Shown: piece by piece, positions 27,991 through 43,580 of the stretch
Numbering within the stretch: the first letter of the stretch is position 1
How the letters are laid out: each line of letters begins with the position of its first letter
Assembly: GCA_012295275.1 (NCBI GenBank)
Contig: CM022679.1
Location: forward strand, 13,640,001 to 13,704,000
Direction: 5' to 3'
Source: Chrysomallon squamiferum
Taxonomy: Eukaryota > Animalia > Mollusca
Length of the DNA stretch: 64,000 nucleotides
Notes under the pieces: model-generated
The model's input: only the letters and a program-made list of their open reading frames with translations
Database searches by the model: none
What the model was told of the DNA's origin: nothing
Made by a program: the position numbers and the translations under genes

Positions 27991-28017
27991 CTTTCCTTGA
28001 TAATCAGGCAAAGACAG
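27991..28017 (+). CDS. 27-nt stalk micro-exon 1 (U3), AFLDNQAKT
   Basis: tttatttcag|CTTTCCTTGATAATCAGGCAAAGACAG|gtaaag; phase 1-1. Confidence 0.7.
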
Positions 28018-28534
28018 GTAAAGCTTTTTATTATTACAGCCAAAAAATTATAAATGTTTGTGTGTGTATATCTAATCTTGTGTGTGTGTGTGTGTGTGTG
28101 TCTATATATCTACGTATGTGTATGTGGTTATATGGATATATGTATGAATGCATGTATGTATGTGTGTGTATATATATATATATATATGTACATTTGTTTG
28201 TGTGTGTGTGTGTGTTTAAGAATTAAAAAACACAGGCATAGGAATATTTTCATTAAAAAAAAACATTTTCTAATTTTATCTCAAGGGATTCAAGTTGATT
28301 TAAAGTTGATCATGTAATATATATTATAGGGTGCATTGGTCCTTTGGCTATATATTTGTGCATGAGAGAGAGAGTGTGTGTGCATCTGTGTGTGTGTTTA
28401 TTAGAGGTTTCTAATTAAAAATACTTTTGCTATTTGTATGTTTTAAAATGTGTCTATAAACCAGGTCTTTCTAGGCAGGTCTTTCTTTATATTTTATATA
28501 CTGTAATATTTTTATTATGTGTTTCGTTATTTGA

Positions 28535-28577
<43 letters not shown>

Positions 28578-28726
28578 AATAATAAAAAAATAAATAAACA
28601 GACAAACAATCAAATAAACAAATAAATAAATAAACTTTTGTGTTTTTGATCTCATTTTATACACAGTAACACTTTTTCTCTGTGTTTATTTCACCAGATT
28701 ATATTTATTTCTTGCTTTTGTTTCAG

Positions 28727-28753
28727 ATTTCGTTGGCAGTCAAATAACAGAAA
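28727..28753 (+). CDS. 27-nt stalk micro-exon 2 (U3), DFVGSQITE
   Basis: ttttgtttcag|ATTTCGTTGGCAGTCAAATAACAGAAA|gtaagg; phase 1-1; flanks are a tandem duplicate of those of micro-exon 1. Confidence 0.7.
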
Positions 28754-29265
28754 GTAAGGCTTATTATTACTACAGCCATGAAATAATAAATGCTTGTGTA
28801 TGCATATCTGTGCGTATGTGTATATTTGTATGTATTATGTGTATTTGTATGTATGTATGTATTATGTATGTATGTAGTTTAGGATTTTGAATATTCAGTG
28901 TCTTATGTACATCTGAATAGACTTTGCACATAGACAATATTCGGGTGTATGTACAATGTTTGTTTGTATGTCAGATGCCACTTCTATATATGTTTTGTAA
29001 TTACCATTGACATCAAACAACCCTGTATATATATGTATAGTATGTGTGTGTGGATGTGTATGTATGAATGTATGTATATATTTTATGCAGTGAATGTGTG
29101 TGTGTGTTTATGTGTGTGTATGTATGTATATATGTATTTGCGTGCAGTGTTTGTGTATGTATGTTTGTATATGTCTAAGGCAGCAGTCGAGTTTTTTTGA
29201 TAATTTATAAATTTATACTTTTTTCTAAAGGTGATGTTACAAAGTTATGTTTGATTGTATTTCAG

Positions 29266-29420
29266 ATTTCCACAGAATAACGAGGTGTTTATACAGTTTT
29301 CATAGCATGTCTAATAGTATATAGTATTATTGTGCAGGTATACTGGTTTTCCTAAAATGGAGAAGACTGAGTAAGAACAAACATGAACACGATGTTGAAA
29401 ACGTTGAAGAACAAAATGGA
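29266..29420 (+). pseudogene. Frameshifted transmembrane exon copy (U3, first of two)
   Basis: Aligns to 47602-47775 with several small deletions, an early TAG in the phase-1 frame and no donor. May partly be consensus error. Confidence 0.65.
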
Positions 29421-29521
29421 TAAATTTATACTTTATTATGTACAAAGGTGAAACACAACACAAACCTGTTTCAGTTCATTTAATTTCAAATTCCATCAAA
29501 ATACATAAATTTTTGTTACAG

Positions 29522-29680
29522 CATTTTTTTTCATAGCATGTCTAATAGCAGTAGTATTATTATCAGCTGCAGCTGTACTGGTTATCCTAAAATGGGGAAG
29601 ACTGAGTAAGAACAAATATGAACACGGTGTTGAAAAAGTTGAAGAACAAACAGAACTAATGAAAACACAAAAACACACAG
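29522..29680 (+). CDS. Second transmembrane exon copy (U3), 5'-shortened but in frame
   Basis: tttttgttacag| gives a phase-1 159-nt exon FFFIACLIAVVLLSAAAVLVILKWGRLSKNKYEHGVEKVEEQTELMKTQKHT, with donor G|gtgatt. Confidence 0.55.
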
Positions 29681-29975
29681 GTGATTTATACAGCACACAG
29701 TTATCAAACACTGAAAACACGCTCACACATATACACACACATGTTACAGTTCAGATTAACCACACAAATTCTGACAAAACACAAACATTTTTTTTGTTAC
29801 ATATGTTTCAATTCAGATTAGTTTCAAATTCTGTCAAAATACATTCTTTCAATATTTTATTTGTTTCTTCTCAGCACGTTTTGTTAATAATAAAGAATGG
29901 ATATAACATATGAACTCCAACATTTCCTTCCTTTCTAAATGTCTGTATGACTGGATATCTACCTGCACATATATA

Positions 29976-30718
29976 CAGTGGTACCTATATACGAGCGAGC
30001 TTCAGATATGTTGCCTCCAGTTGGCGCAACGAACAATATAACACCCAACCAGCATCCCGCGTCTCACTCGTTTACTTTCCGTGGTTACTCGCCGCGGAAG
30101 CATCTCTGTGGTGTTGTCCTCAGGTTTTGTGCAGTATTTTGCCAAATTTCTTTTTTCTGACCATCGATCCTAAGAAAGTGAGTGCAAAATGCAAAGGACA
30201 TTGCTGAGAAGAAGAAGGTGATGATGTCCATTGAATTAAAGCTTGAATTCATAGAAAAACATGAAAAAGGTGTGTGCATGTAGTCGACTTGGCTAGGCAG
30301 TACTAGTGTAGTACTTCTAGATATGTCTTCATACTGAAGCTGAAGGAGTTGATAAAGGCTGTTACTCCAGCCATAGGCTTTAAAATAATTTGTCTGATCT
30401 CCAAGATAAATACACTTTACAAAACTAGTTTCTTTCGTTACATTCTCTTTTATTTTGTTTTTATACAATATTTGTCATTTATAAATACATTTTTCTTATT
30501 TAAAAACAAGTTACAAAAATATAAAAAACAAAACAACAACAACAAAAAAACAACAATAAAAAACAACTAAAAAAACAAAACAAATGGGGTTGTTTTGGGG
30601 GGGATTTTGAATGGATTAATGGTATTTCAATTAATTTCAGTTGGGAAAATTGATTTGATATATGAGCAAATTGAGTTGCGAACTCTGTCTCGGAACAAAT
30701 TAAACTCGTAAGTCAAAG
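29976..30718 (+). mobile_element. Second copy of the same Tigger/pogo family, opposite orientation, right TIR truncated
   Basis: TA|CAGTGGTACCT; 30163-30390 encodes a relic DPKKVSA..AEKKKVMMSIELKLEFIEKHEKG..VVDLARQY*...ILKLKELIKAVTPA with frameshifts; absent at the paralogous site ~48060-48090. Confidence 0.88.
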
Positions 30719-31748
30719 TGACTGTTATGAAAATGTTTCTATCAATTTGTAAGATTTCCCAAATGTGTGAGTCTATTCTTAAGATTTTCCAAATGTCTGA
30801 GTCTGGTGTATGATTTCCCATTACTCATAGTTTGTATTTAAATGCATTTAGTGAATGTTCCTGCTGTTTTAGTACTTTCCAAAGTCTGTCAGTGTGTGAC
30901 TGTGACAAGCATCCTTGAGAATAGCTTGATCCTATTAATGTTTACTTTTTTCACTCCCTCACTCATGCATACATCATTCACTAACCCATCCACTGACTTA
31001 CTCACTCGCACATGTATGTGTGTGTATATATATACACACACACATACACATGTACATATATTATAAATGCAGGAAATAATAATTACTGAATCATATTGGT
31101 CTTCTCCATACAAATAACCTTTAAAGAATGAATCCATGCTAATTTGGATATAGACAAGTCTTTTTCTGACAACTTATAACAAATCAGTCCTCAACAAACA
31201 AAATAATGTCGTCATCACTGATGCAAATAAAGGTTACATTACTGATCCAGTTTCATGATAGTATATTTTTACTGAAGTACTTTATCATTAGCAAAGTTTA
31301 GTTGTCATTTATTTAAAACAAAAAAACAAAAACAAAAAAACAAACAAACCAAAAACTATAAATTAGGAGATACAGTGAATGTGTTCTTGTCAAAGTAGAT
31401 GCCTATATTTAGGTTAATTTGAAAACAAAATATTAATGTCTTGCTGTGTCGCTGCTGTAAAATATTAATTTTTGTTCAGTTCATAACAATTTCTGACTTA
31501 TGCTATTACATGTATTTCAGAATAATTGTGACAATAATATTAATGCTATCTAAAATTTGTAGATGAAATGTGATTGGTATGAGTTGTACAATGAAACAGT
31601 AATTTCTTAGTAGTATATTTTTATATTTTTAACAATGTTTATTTCATTTTCTTATTTTATTTTTTTTTTTTTTTTTTTTTTCTCTCTCATAGAGTTATAT
31701 TAAGTGACTAATAAAATATATGAGTATATTCAGTTTTAATATTTCTAG

Positions 31749-31978
31749 GGAACAAGATGGTATTGCAGAACATGTGTGCTGAATCACAGACAGAGGCAGG
31801 AGATGGAGCTGGGGACACAGATACAACAGCTTTGTGTCAGGCAGTTCCCAAAGGGAACATCCACTGCAGCAGTGATGAAAAACAAGGAGAGGATGTCGAT
31901 GCTAATAGACAACACTAAAGAAGAAGTTCTGGAAATGCGTTGAATCAGGTAATAAATGAAATAGGACAAGAGCATTCT
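31749..31978 (+). pseudogene. Cytoplasmic exon (U3, first copy) with premature stop
   Basis: Intact acceptor; reads GNKMVLQNMCAESQTEAGDG...DANRQH then TAA at 31916-31918, where U4 has TAC. Confidence 0.7.
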
Positions 31979-32036
31979 GGAGTTATGTTAAGTGACTAAT
32001 AAAAGATATGAGTATATTTATTTTTAATTTTTTTAG

Positions 32037-32297
32037 GGTTTGCTGAATCAGCCACTGAGGCAGGAGATGGAGCTGGGGACACAGATACAACAACTTTGTG
32101 TCAGGCAATATCCACTGCAGTAGTGACGAAAAAGGAGAGAATGTTGATGCTAATAAACACCTCTACAGAAAAAGTTCTGGAAATGTTTTTTGTCAGGAAA
32201 TAAATGAAACAGATCAAGATCATCCTGTTGGACAGAATTCCAGAAACAGAAACAGAAACACTGCTGATGTTAATGATGATGATACAGTGATTACCAT
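32037..32297 (+). pseudogene. Cytoplasmic exon (U3, tandem second copy), frameshifted and truncated
   Basis: Duplicated together with its acceptor region; a deletion after TGTCAGGC shifts the frame; runs into AT-rich low-complexity DNA. Confidence 0.65.
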
Positions 32298-33350
32298 ATA
32301 TTATTTAATTTTTTATTTTATTATTTCTTATTTTATTTATATTTTTTCATATATTTATTTTATTTTATTTATTTATTTATTCATTCATCCATCATTGATT
32401 CTTTTATATTATTTTATTTTATTATACTTTATTTTAATTTATTTTATTATAAGTCAGTTTGTTTATATATTTATTTTATTATATTTATTATTATATTTAT
32501 TTATTTAATAATTTAATTGTTAATTTAATTTAATTTTATTTCAATTTATTTATAAATCTATTTTATTTTATATAGATTTAATTTAAATTAATTAATTAAA
32601 TTATTAATTTATTTATTTTAATTTATTTTAATTTATTTAAGGATTTAATGATTTAATTTAATTTAAGTAATTTAATTTAATTTTATTTAATTTTAATCAA
32701 TTTATTCATTCATTTACTGTAGTTCAGTTTTGGGTTTAATACTGTAACAAGCCACATTTAAAAAAATCTTCTTTTATAACTACTTTTCATTTAATTTTGT
32801 TATGTTGATATATATCTGCTTCGATATCATGTTTTTATATCAGACTGCTTAGTTAATCTAATAGATAAGTTTATTTTTTTATTTTTTTATTTCAGTTTGT
32901 TTATATATTATATTACATTATATTTTACTTTATTTATTTATTTATTTATTTATTTATCTATCTGTCTATTTTATTTTATTTTTATTTATTTAATAATTTA
33001 ATTTTTAATTTTATTTAATGTTATTTCAATTTGTTTATATATTTAATTTATTTTATTTTATTTTATTTTATTAACTAATTAATTAAATTTAATATTTACC
33101 ATTTGATATAGAGCAGTTACCATATTTAGGAAGGCTTGAAGTGTGATTTTTGACTGTTATTCTACATAATGTGAGTAAGTTATTTGTTTAAGATTGTTTT
33201 ATAATGTACATGAATACTGAGTGTGTGTATTACAATTACTTAGTTAATGAACCAACTATACAAAATTAAACATGTAAACAATGTCAAATACCAAATGATA
33301 GAAATATATAAACAAAGGTAAATACAATACCACATCTTTATGACACTCAC

Positions 33351-33690
33351 ATTACTATGTACATGTTCTAACACAACTAATTCACTACAGTTGTAAATAC
33401 AATAGAAAATGAAATTATTATGTACATGTTCTAACAACTAATTCACTACAGTTGTAAATACAATAGAAAATGAAATTACTATGTACATGTTCTAACAACT
33501 AATTCACTACAGTTGTAAATACAATAGAAAATGAAATTACTATGTACATGTTCTAACAACTAATTCACTACAGTTGTAAATACAATAGAAAATGAAATTA
33601 CTATGTACATGTTCTAACAACTAATTCACTACAGTTGTAAATGCAATAGAAAATGAAATTATGTACATGCTCTAACACAACTAATATACT
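33351..33690 (+). repeat. ~61-bp minisatellite, ~5 copies
   Basis: attactatgtacatgttctaacaactaattcactacagttgtaaatacaatagaaaatgaa repeated; only 1-2 copies at paralogous sites (~34850, 36270, 51860). Confidence 0.9.
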
Positions 33691-36600
33691 ACTGTTGTTC
33701 TAGATAAAATGTCTGACTTGTTTAGTATAAGATAAATAATTTGTACTGAATGTAACTAATTTATGCAGAATTAGAAAACAAATAATGGTGTAACAAACTA
33801 TAACAAAAAACACGTTTTCTTCATCTTCTTCATAAGTTACAGATAACTTAGGCGTTTTATTTTTTACTATTATTATTTATTTTTTATTTTTTTAAAGGAG
33901 AGATTATTATATAAATTGTAATGAATGTAACTAATTTATGCAGAATTAGAAACCAAATAACAGAGAATACACAAATTTCACTGTTAAAATAGTGTAACAA
34001 ACCATACCAAAAAAAAATACTTGTTTTTTCTTCTGTTTCTTCTTCACAAGTACAGATAACTAGGTTTTTGTTTTTTATTATTATTATTTTTAATGAGAGA
34101 TAATTATATAAATAGAAATACCCACCTCCTTTAAATGGAACAAGGGCACATTTAGAAATTTCCCTGATAGACTTCAGTTCCGTACATCCTTTCTTGATTG
34201 TTTTTCCTACTTCAATACAGTGTCCATAACCATCACTACAAACTGATAGAACAACAGTAGAATTAACTTAGTATTAACATATTTAATTATTGTAGACATA
34301 TAAGTATTTTCTATGTATATGTATAATTATTATAGATATATTAATATTTTGTTTTGAGGTTTTATTGATATATAATGTCAGCTTCAGTAGTGATTATGTC
34401 TAACGTCTCACTTCATTCCAAACGCGAAGAGATCTTATTTCGATCTGAATAAGATTGCATTTTTGAAATGCATGTGATTATGTCAGCTAGCTTTTGGTAT
34501 ATATGAAATGAAAGCCAGAAACAAATGCGAAGTAAAGCAGTAATTTCTAGCCCTTTTTTTTTCACAACTCTTTTCACATAATTTTGAATGCTGGTGTCAG
34601 AGAATATTTGATCATTTCCCCTAAGAACTTTTCTGGATTTTTTTCAGATGTAGTTCTGGATTTTATTTGTAGTAATTACTGTATGTACATGAATACTGAG
34701 TGTGTATATTACAATTATTTAGTTAATGAATCAACTATACAAAATTACACATGCAAACAATGTCAAATACCAAATGATAGAAATATATAAACAAAGGTAA
34801 ATACAATACAAAACGAAAATAAGACCACATCTTTATGACACTCACATTACTATGTACATTTTCTAAAACAGCTGATATACTACAGTTGTAAATACAATAG
34901 AAAATGAAATTATTATGTACATGTTCTAACAACTAATATACTACTGTTGTTCTAACTAAAGTGTCTGAGTTATTTAGTATAAGATTAATCATTTGTAATG
35001 AATGTAACTAATTTAAGCAGAATTAGAAAACAAATAATAGAGAATACAAAATATTCACTGTTAAAATAGTGTAACAAACCATACCAAGAAATACTTCTTT
35101 TTTCTTCTTCTTTTTCTTCTTCACAAGTATAGATAACCAGGTTTTTATTTTTTATTATTATTATTATTTTTTTAATGACAGATAATTATATAAATTGAAA
35201 TACCCACCTCCTTTAAATGGAACAAGGCCACATTTAGAAATTTCCCTAATACACTTCAGTTCCATACATCGTTTCTTGATTGTTTTTCCTACTTCAGTAC
35301 AGTGTCCATAACCATCGCCGCAAGCTGATAGAACAACAGTAGAATTAACTTAGTATTAACATATTTGATTATTGTAGACATATTAGTTTTGTTTGTAGTA
35401 TATGTGTAATTATTATAGACATATTCATATTTTATTTTGAAGTGTTTGGCTTTATCAGTATGTAATTTATGCTTCAGTGATAATTATGTCAAGGGTTCAC
35501 TGTAAAAGTGTACATGAATTCATTAGAAAAAACATGGGGAGAAATCTTCTTGGGATCCGAATGAGATCACAAATATTCTTTTCCACCGGCACCATCTAAA
35601 TTAAGTTTTGTACGATGATATCATCAGATACAAGTGAAACAGACAAGATTAAAGCCTCACCAGACTATTCTTGGATCTACCCTATGGTGTAAAATAGCTC
35701 TTTATATTCCGAGGAAAATTGTGGCTTACAGATTAATTTATTTTATTTTATTTCATTTATTCATTCATTTAAGCTCGTGCTTATTGTTCTTTAGTTTTGG
35801 CTTTAATTGTGTAAGATGCCAGATAAAAAAGAATCTCTTTTTATAACTACTTTTCATTTGTTTTTATTACCTTGATATATGTTTGCTTCGATATCATGTT
35901 TTTATATGAGACCGCTTGCTTAATGTAATAGATTATTGTGAAGAAAAAATGCCAGTTTAATAACATTTACAAACTTCAAAAGATAAAGAAACTTAATCAG
36001 CTAGATGATATCACCATTTAATACAGAGTATTTAATAACGATATTTAGGGAGGTTAGAAGTATGATTTTTTACTGTTGTTCAAGATAATGTGTCTAAGTT
36101 ATTTGTTTAAGATTGTTTTATAATCTACATGAATATTGAGTGTCCGTAGCACAATTATTTAGTTAATGAACCAAATATGCAAATTTACATATGTAAACAA
36201 TGTCGAATACCAATGGTAAAATATATAAACAAAGGTAAATACAATAGAAAACGAAAATAATGACACTCACATTATTATGTACATGTTCTAACAGAACTAA
36301 TATACTACTGTTGTTCTAGATAAAATGTCTGACTTATTTAGCATAAGATTAATTTGTAACTAATTTATGCAGATTTAGAAAACAAATAATAGAGGATACA
36401 AAAATTTCACTGTTATAATAGTGTAACAAATCATACCAAAAAAAGCAAACATTTGTTTTCTTCTTCTTCTTTACAAGCTACAGATCACTAGATTATTATT
36501 ATTTTCGATATGTAACGTATGCTTCAGTAATAATTACGTCGAGGGTTGACTGCAAGGGTGTACATGAATTCATTCCAAACATGGAGAGAAACCTTTTTGG

Positions 36601-36747
36601 GATGCGAATGAGATTATTACTGATTTTTATGTTATTATGTCCGTTAGTTTTTAGCATGTATAAAATGATAGCCAGAAATAAATGCTAAGTAATTTAGGTA
36701 AGGAATTCTTAGCCCTTTTTTCACAACTCCTTTTCAAAAAATTTTAA

Positions 36748-37251
36748 TGCCGGTGTCAGAGAATATTTATTCCCCAAAAAGATTTATTCCCCCCTTGAAC
36801 GAATGTTTGTTTTCCCTAAGAACAAATATATGGAAATATTTGTTTCCCTTACGAATATTTGTTGCAACACACCGTTATTAATTTTTCAGGTATACTTCTG
36901 ACTAAACACCACATTTAAAATTGCTGAGGTGTGAAGAAATAACTGGGGGATACATTTCTCTGGGTACTTGATCACGACTCCCATCTTTTAAAATTAAGGT
37001 GAAAACATTCATCCCTAAATCCATTTATCATTGATAGTTTTTTATTATCGATAATCCTATTTCAGGCCTATGAAGGTCCTCTTTTAGAAACTTGTTGCAT
37101 TTCTGCCTCAGTCTTTTAATTTAATGTGTTACAAGAACTGTGTCAAAATGTCAGGACCCAAGTCACTTGTTTGAACCTGATTATGACGGTGAGAATTAAC
37201 AAACTCCTGGTCTTTATGACCTGGGGGAACAAATATTATTTTACACCGGCA
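36748..37251. mobile_element. Unclassified TIR element (~500 bp); isolated ends at ~34588, 35573, 52548
   Basis: TGCCGGTGTCAGAGAATATTT ... AAATATTATTTTACACCGGCA inverted termini. Confidence 0.6.
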
Positions 37252-40200
37252 CCATCTAAATCAAGTTTGTATGATGATATCATCAGATACCAGTGAAACA
37301 GTCGAGATTAAATCCTCACCAGACTATTCTTGGTCTACCCCATGGTGTAAAATAGCTCTTTATATTCCTGGGAATATTTTGGCTTACAGATTATACGCTC
37401 TTGTATTACTCGTAAGTTGGTCCCTATTTAAATGTCCATTATACTCAAAGAAGATAACGTGAATGACATGATACAGTCAGTTTAGGCCACATTCAATTCT
37501 TGAGAACGACTCGGATCACTTCAGTGTTGTAACAAACATATTACAACACTAACAAGCGTTTAGATATAATTATAAGTTTTGTTAGATCATTTATCAATAA
37601 ACAAGAAAATGGTTTAGATCATTTATTTGCCAAATCAGCATATCCGTTTGCAGTTTGTATTGAATGAAAAGGTCAGTAAAACAAAACAAAAATAATACAT
37701 GTAAATGTTCGGATGTTTACAAAAAATGTATGTCTGATCCATACTGTGTTATAGTTTGTAACATAATTTTAATTCTTCAGGTGTAAAAAGATCTTGAACT
37801 TTCAGAATATTTAGTGTTTTTATAAACTGGTTCTGTGGGAGCAGCCAGAATATATTCTAGGCGTAAACAGTCTATCACACTTTAACTCCGGGGACAGTTT
37901 GGACAGAGGGTATGCATGAGCTGTTAGACGGCTAAAGTACACGAAAAGAACAAAAACAGCTGCATCTAATACCATGCTATATTACGTGCTATATATGAAA
38001 TCTCATTACTTAAGTTTGTACTTGTGATATTTAATACTTCCTTTGTTGTATAGTTTATGTTTTTTTTTATTGTATTGTTTAGTGTTGTTACAATTGCTAT
38101 AGTAGAGTGATATTGTTGTTCTAGTTGATATAGTACTGTGATATTGTTATCATTGCTATAATACTGTGATATTGTTGTTATAATTGCTATAGTACTGTGA
38201 TATTGTTCGTGTTTGCTTTAGTGTTTGTCAGCGTTGTTTTTCTAACAATAATAAATAATAGTTTTGTTATTATTGCTGTTGTAACGTTTTTTTTGTTGTT
38301 ATTATTTGTTATTGTTGTTAGCATAGCGTTTAGCATAGCGTTTAGCGCTTAACCCTTTAACTCCTAGTAGTTAAACATAATAAACTACCATCGTTCACTT
38401 AGAACTAATAATTTAAAAATAGAGGTGGGTACCAATCCACTTTATTTCCACCGAACTGTCAAGACGAGATTACTTGTCCTAGTTTTACTGTCATGGATTG
38501 TGACACAATTACACAGTATTAAAAAACCAGTCCATCACACCACAGTATTAGACATTTAAATGTTACCGTTCGACCATCGAGACAACCTTAAACAGGTTGC
38601 TCAGTAACCGAGGGTAATCATCGCTTCCCCCGAAGCACCCCGTTCTTTTTGTCTTTCGTCATTTTTGCGTGTATCTATTTTTTGTGGGAAACCTGGCAGT
38701 GGCAAGTGTGTAGTTTAGAATTCTGAATATTCTCTGTCTTATTTATGTACGTCTGATTAGACAGGTATTTAGTTACCTTAAGGATGGTGATCACTTTGAA
38801 CGGGTCGTGACTGGTTGTTTTGTGTATGACGTATACACTGCTTGGTAAAGCAAGCCTCACCGTGTTTCTCCGCCCATGCATCTCTACACTGTTGTTTGCC
38901 TCAGTTTCACAAGCTGAAGATACATTTTATAAATATCATGGTTTAACACCATCAACGCTACCATCCTAAGTTTGCAGTCGCCGGCTCCGCTAACGACATA
39001 ATCATAACTGTCTGGCATTATTTCTGTTGATAATTATCATCATCATGATTATTGTGTAATTATTTGTTTCATCATCTTTATTGTTAGTATTTCAGTTAGT
39101 TACAAAAGAATGAATGAATGAATGAATGAATGATAATAACAATAATAATAATAATTTTACCTTTTTAATTTGCTTAATCTTGCTTCTTCATTCTGTATGT
39201 ATAATCTAAGTGCATAGGCGAGATCCTTTTCTGCGTACAATGCTTCCTCGAGCTGTGCCATGGATGTAAATATTTCAGCCAGTCAACGGTGCCACGCAGG
39301 CAAATACCAAAATTATATTAAATATGCCCATTGTTTTAAAATAAAATGAAAATAAAAACTGTCTTAATGATATAAGGTTACGTAAATTGTTTCTTTTTTT
39401 TTTTTGGCGATGGAACTAAATAAATGCTATACAAAATTTTGCATTTAACTTGTACTATGTTTTAGAGCAAAAAACACCTCCGAAATATAAACGACTGCAT
39501 CAGATTGCTTTTGTGGATAAAATGTCACGAAGCAAACCATCCCTGTACCAAACGAACATTCTGGAAAAAACACTTCCACATCGTCCGAAATTCTTGAAGA
39601 TGTCTTTTTGTTTACGAATTAATACATTATATGAGTTGTTCCCCTTGGTTTTCATACCACAGAATAAAATACTTTTTATGCTTTAAATAAATGTTAAGTT
39701 GTTTCCCTTGACCAGAATCATTTTGTTTTAGCACTATTATTCAGGTTCACGCGAACTCCGGCTTCAGCACGTCGACAAAACGAAAATAAAATTTAAAAAG
39801 CTTCGCGCAAGCAGCTAAATTGTAATGATAATTATATCATGATTATTAATTTCAAAACGATTGAAAAATATATATTACGATCATAAAATAATTACCATAA
39901 CTATTTCTGAAATATTTCAAGCGATTATGTTATATAATCAGCGGTCGAATGTCGAATAAATACAATGTGGAAGTAACACTATAATAACAATAGTAAACAA
40001 AATGAGATATTAATCACCTTTTTCTTACACTTCCATATACATATTTAAAAACACATACATACATACATACATATTTATTTGTTTTTGTTTTATATAGCCC
40101 AAGCTTTTTAAAATATATGCAGAAAAATATACTTATTATTATTTTATTTATATATATATATATACACACACACACATATACTACATACATACATACACAC

Positions 40201-41102
40201 ACACATATATATCAAGTTAGAAGTCAAGTCCTAATATTTGTAACGTTTTCTATATTTTGGGAAAGAAACTTAAAAAATAAAATATATATATAATAATAAT
40301 AAATAAAATAATAATAAATAAATAAATAAAACAATGATACAAATAAATAAAAAAAGAGTGTATTTTAGAAATATAAATTGTACTGAAGATATTAAATAAA
40401 CTGGTCGCTTATCTTGATCTTTAATAGTGTACTATTGTTTCTTTGTTTCTACTGTGCCTGCACCTACTGTTACATATATTACATATAAGTAGTCAAGGAT
40501 AGCAAATGATAAAACAATAAGGGATTGCAATATAGCTTATTTCCCAAAAGACCAACATTTTACAGTCCAACAAAATGGGAGACTGAATCAGCGTATTTTG
40601 TTCCAGATTTCTGTCTTGTCAAGAGGAGCAGTCATATTTTCATTCAATTACATTATTTTTATTTTTATTTTATTTTATTTTATTTTTAAATCACATGAAA
40701 ATGTTATCTCTCCCGAAGTTGTATTTGCGCACGCAATGACTGGCTTTTCTTTCTTTCTTTCTTTCTTCTTCTTCTTCTTCTTCTTGTTTTTGTTGCTGTG
40801 TTTTATTTTTTTATTGTAACTTTCTGTAATTTTATTTTTTGAATATTTATTATTATTACAGCTATTATTGCAATACATCATTTATTTATCTATTTAATCA
40901 CATTTTGATTTTAATTTAACAATTCCCGCTTGAAACAATCGTTTCTTATCTTATGCTCCTGCACTGAATATCTTACAAAGTAATATCTCGATGCCGTTAT
41001 TTTATAATTAACGAGAAACGGCAAAAAAAATAAGAAGGCTTTCTTAATGGTCCGTAATGTCTTTACTTTGTGTATTTTGCGATTAACTTGAAATACTTAA
41101 AA

Positions 41103-41133
<31 letters not shown>

Positions 41134-41152
41134 AAAAAATAATATAAAAGAG

Positions 41153-41197
<45 letters not shown>

Positions 41198-41601
41198 AAA
41201 AAGTAATATAAAAGAGTAATATAAATAAATACATAAAATATAGATATAATAGCAATAATAATAATAATTAACATCTATTTAAAAAATGAATAATAATAAT
41301 AAAAATAATTTCCGGTGTGGATTTATTTTTAACGTGGAACTATTTATATCGCGACACCGTAGAGGGTGTGTTCAAGTACTGCTCGGAATACTTTTCAGTT
41401 TAACTGATTCTTTGAGTCGAATGTGAACACTAAAGGAAATAATTACAGAAAAGCAATTACGTACACATCTAAGTAGGTGAAATTACCTTTTTTCATGTGT
41501 GTGTGTGTGTGTGTGTGTGATTTAGAAGAAAAGTGCCCCACATAAATAATAAACTGATAATACCAGTATTTATACCAGATTTTCTGTAATTAAAAAAGTA
41601 A

Positions 41602-41636
<35 letters not shown>

Positions 41637-41653
41637 AATATAGCAATAATAGC

Positions 41654-41699
<46 letters not shown>

Positions 41700-43473
41700 T
41701 ATATATATATATATAATCAAAAAAGAAATATAAATAAAACTATATATATATAAAAAAAAAGAATAATAATAAAATAAAGAATAAAAAATACAAATTATAG
41801 TTTGCGACATGGATTTATTTTTGACTTGGAAATTCCGAACTATTTATATCTCTTAAACGAAACGTAACACTGTCAGAATATCTAGGGTAAATTATGACAC
41901 GGCTAAATAACATTTTCTGCATTTCCGAAAGAAGCTTTAAAAAAATAATCTCTTATTTCATATCATGACATACAGTGTTATTCACTGTGCCCGCACCTAT
42001 TGTTATATATAACTGAAGCAGTCACGGACAAGGAATGATAACCAAAAAACGTGGGGCATTACAGTATAAATAAATGAATAAATAAATGAACTATGATAAA
42101 AATAAGTAAATAAAGGATAGCAAATGATAAAACAGTAGGGGATTACAGTATAGATCTTTCTCAAAAGACCATCAATGGACTAACATTTTACAGTCCAATT
42201 TTTTTTTTTTTTTTAATGTAACTTTTTGTAAATTTGTTTAGATGTTTATTATTATTACTGTTATTATTGCAATATTTTATTTATTTACATTACCAATTTT
42301 CACCTAAAATCATCATTTGTTTACTTATGATCATGCACAGAATACCTTAGAAAATAATATCTCTATGCCATTATTTTATAATCAGTGAGAGACGAGAAAA
42401 AAATAAAAAATAAAAAATAAAATAAAATGGTTTTTGAATCGTTCATAACGTCTTTATTTTATGTACTTTGTGATTATCTTGAAGTACTTATAATATATAT
42501 ATAATTAAAAAAGTAATATAAATAAATAAATGAATAAATTATAGCAATAATAATAATAATAATAATAATAATAATTAACATCTATTTAAAAAATTGGAAA
42601 TTCCGAACTATTTATATATCTTACGCGACGACAGATAAATCTGAACAAGCCGTAATTTCCGTCTCGAAACCTTGGCTCTACGTATACACCCTTAAGTTAC
42701 TCTGTTGAGGAAATATTCAAATATTCCTCGGAATACTTTTCAGTTTAACCGATTCTTTGAGTCGAAAGTGAACACTAAAGGAAATAGTTACAGGAAAGCA
42801 AATCATCCAGGTAGGTAAAATTACTAAACTTTAATGTATTGGTAAATTTGAGGGTCAATATTTAGACTCGCGATTTCCCTGACTTTTGTATTTTCCGGAC
42901 TTGTGTTAACTCTATTGCTCTGTGAAATCGAGTGTCACCTGTAAAGTATTAAAATTACTGTATAGAAGTAGTTACCTGCAGACTGTCTGTATAATCTATG
43001 TATTAAATATGAACGTGTGAGGTTATCTAGGGTAAATGATGACAGGACAAAATAACATTTTCTACATTTTGTAAAGAAACTTGAAAAAAAAAAAAAAAAA
43101 AAAAATAGAAACCCCCCCAAAAAAACCACATAAATAAATAAATAAAAACAATGTTTTACAAATATAAATTATACTGAATATATTAGATAAATAAATTAAT
43201 CGCTTATTTTGATCTTTAAAAGTGTACTACTGTTTCTCATAAAAATGACATACGGGGTCACAGTAGGGGATTACACTTTAGTAAAGTTAATTTACCAAAA
43301 GATCAACAAAGAACTAACATTTTACAGTCCAACAAAATGGGAGACGGAATCAGCATATTCTGTTGCAGATTTTTGTCCTATCAAGAGGAGCATATTCTAC
43401 AGGCGTATGTCAAAGTCTTAACTATGAAACTGTATCTCCCACAAATACCTGTTCTCTCTTAATCACACACACA

Positions 43474-43580
<107 letters not shown>
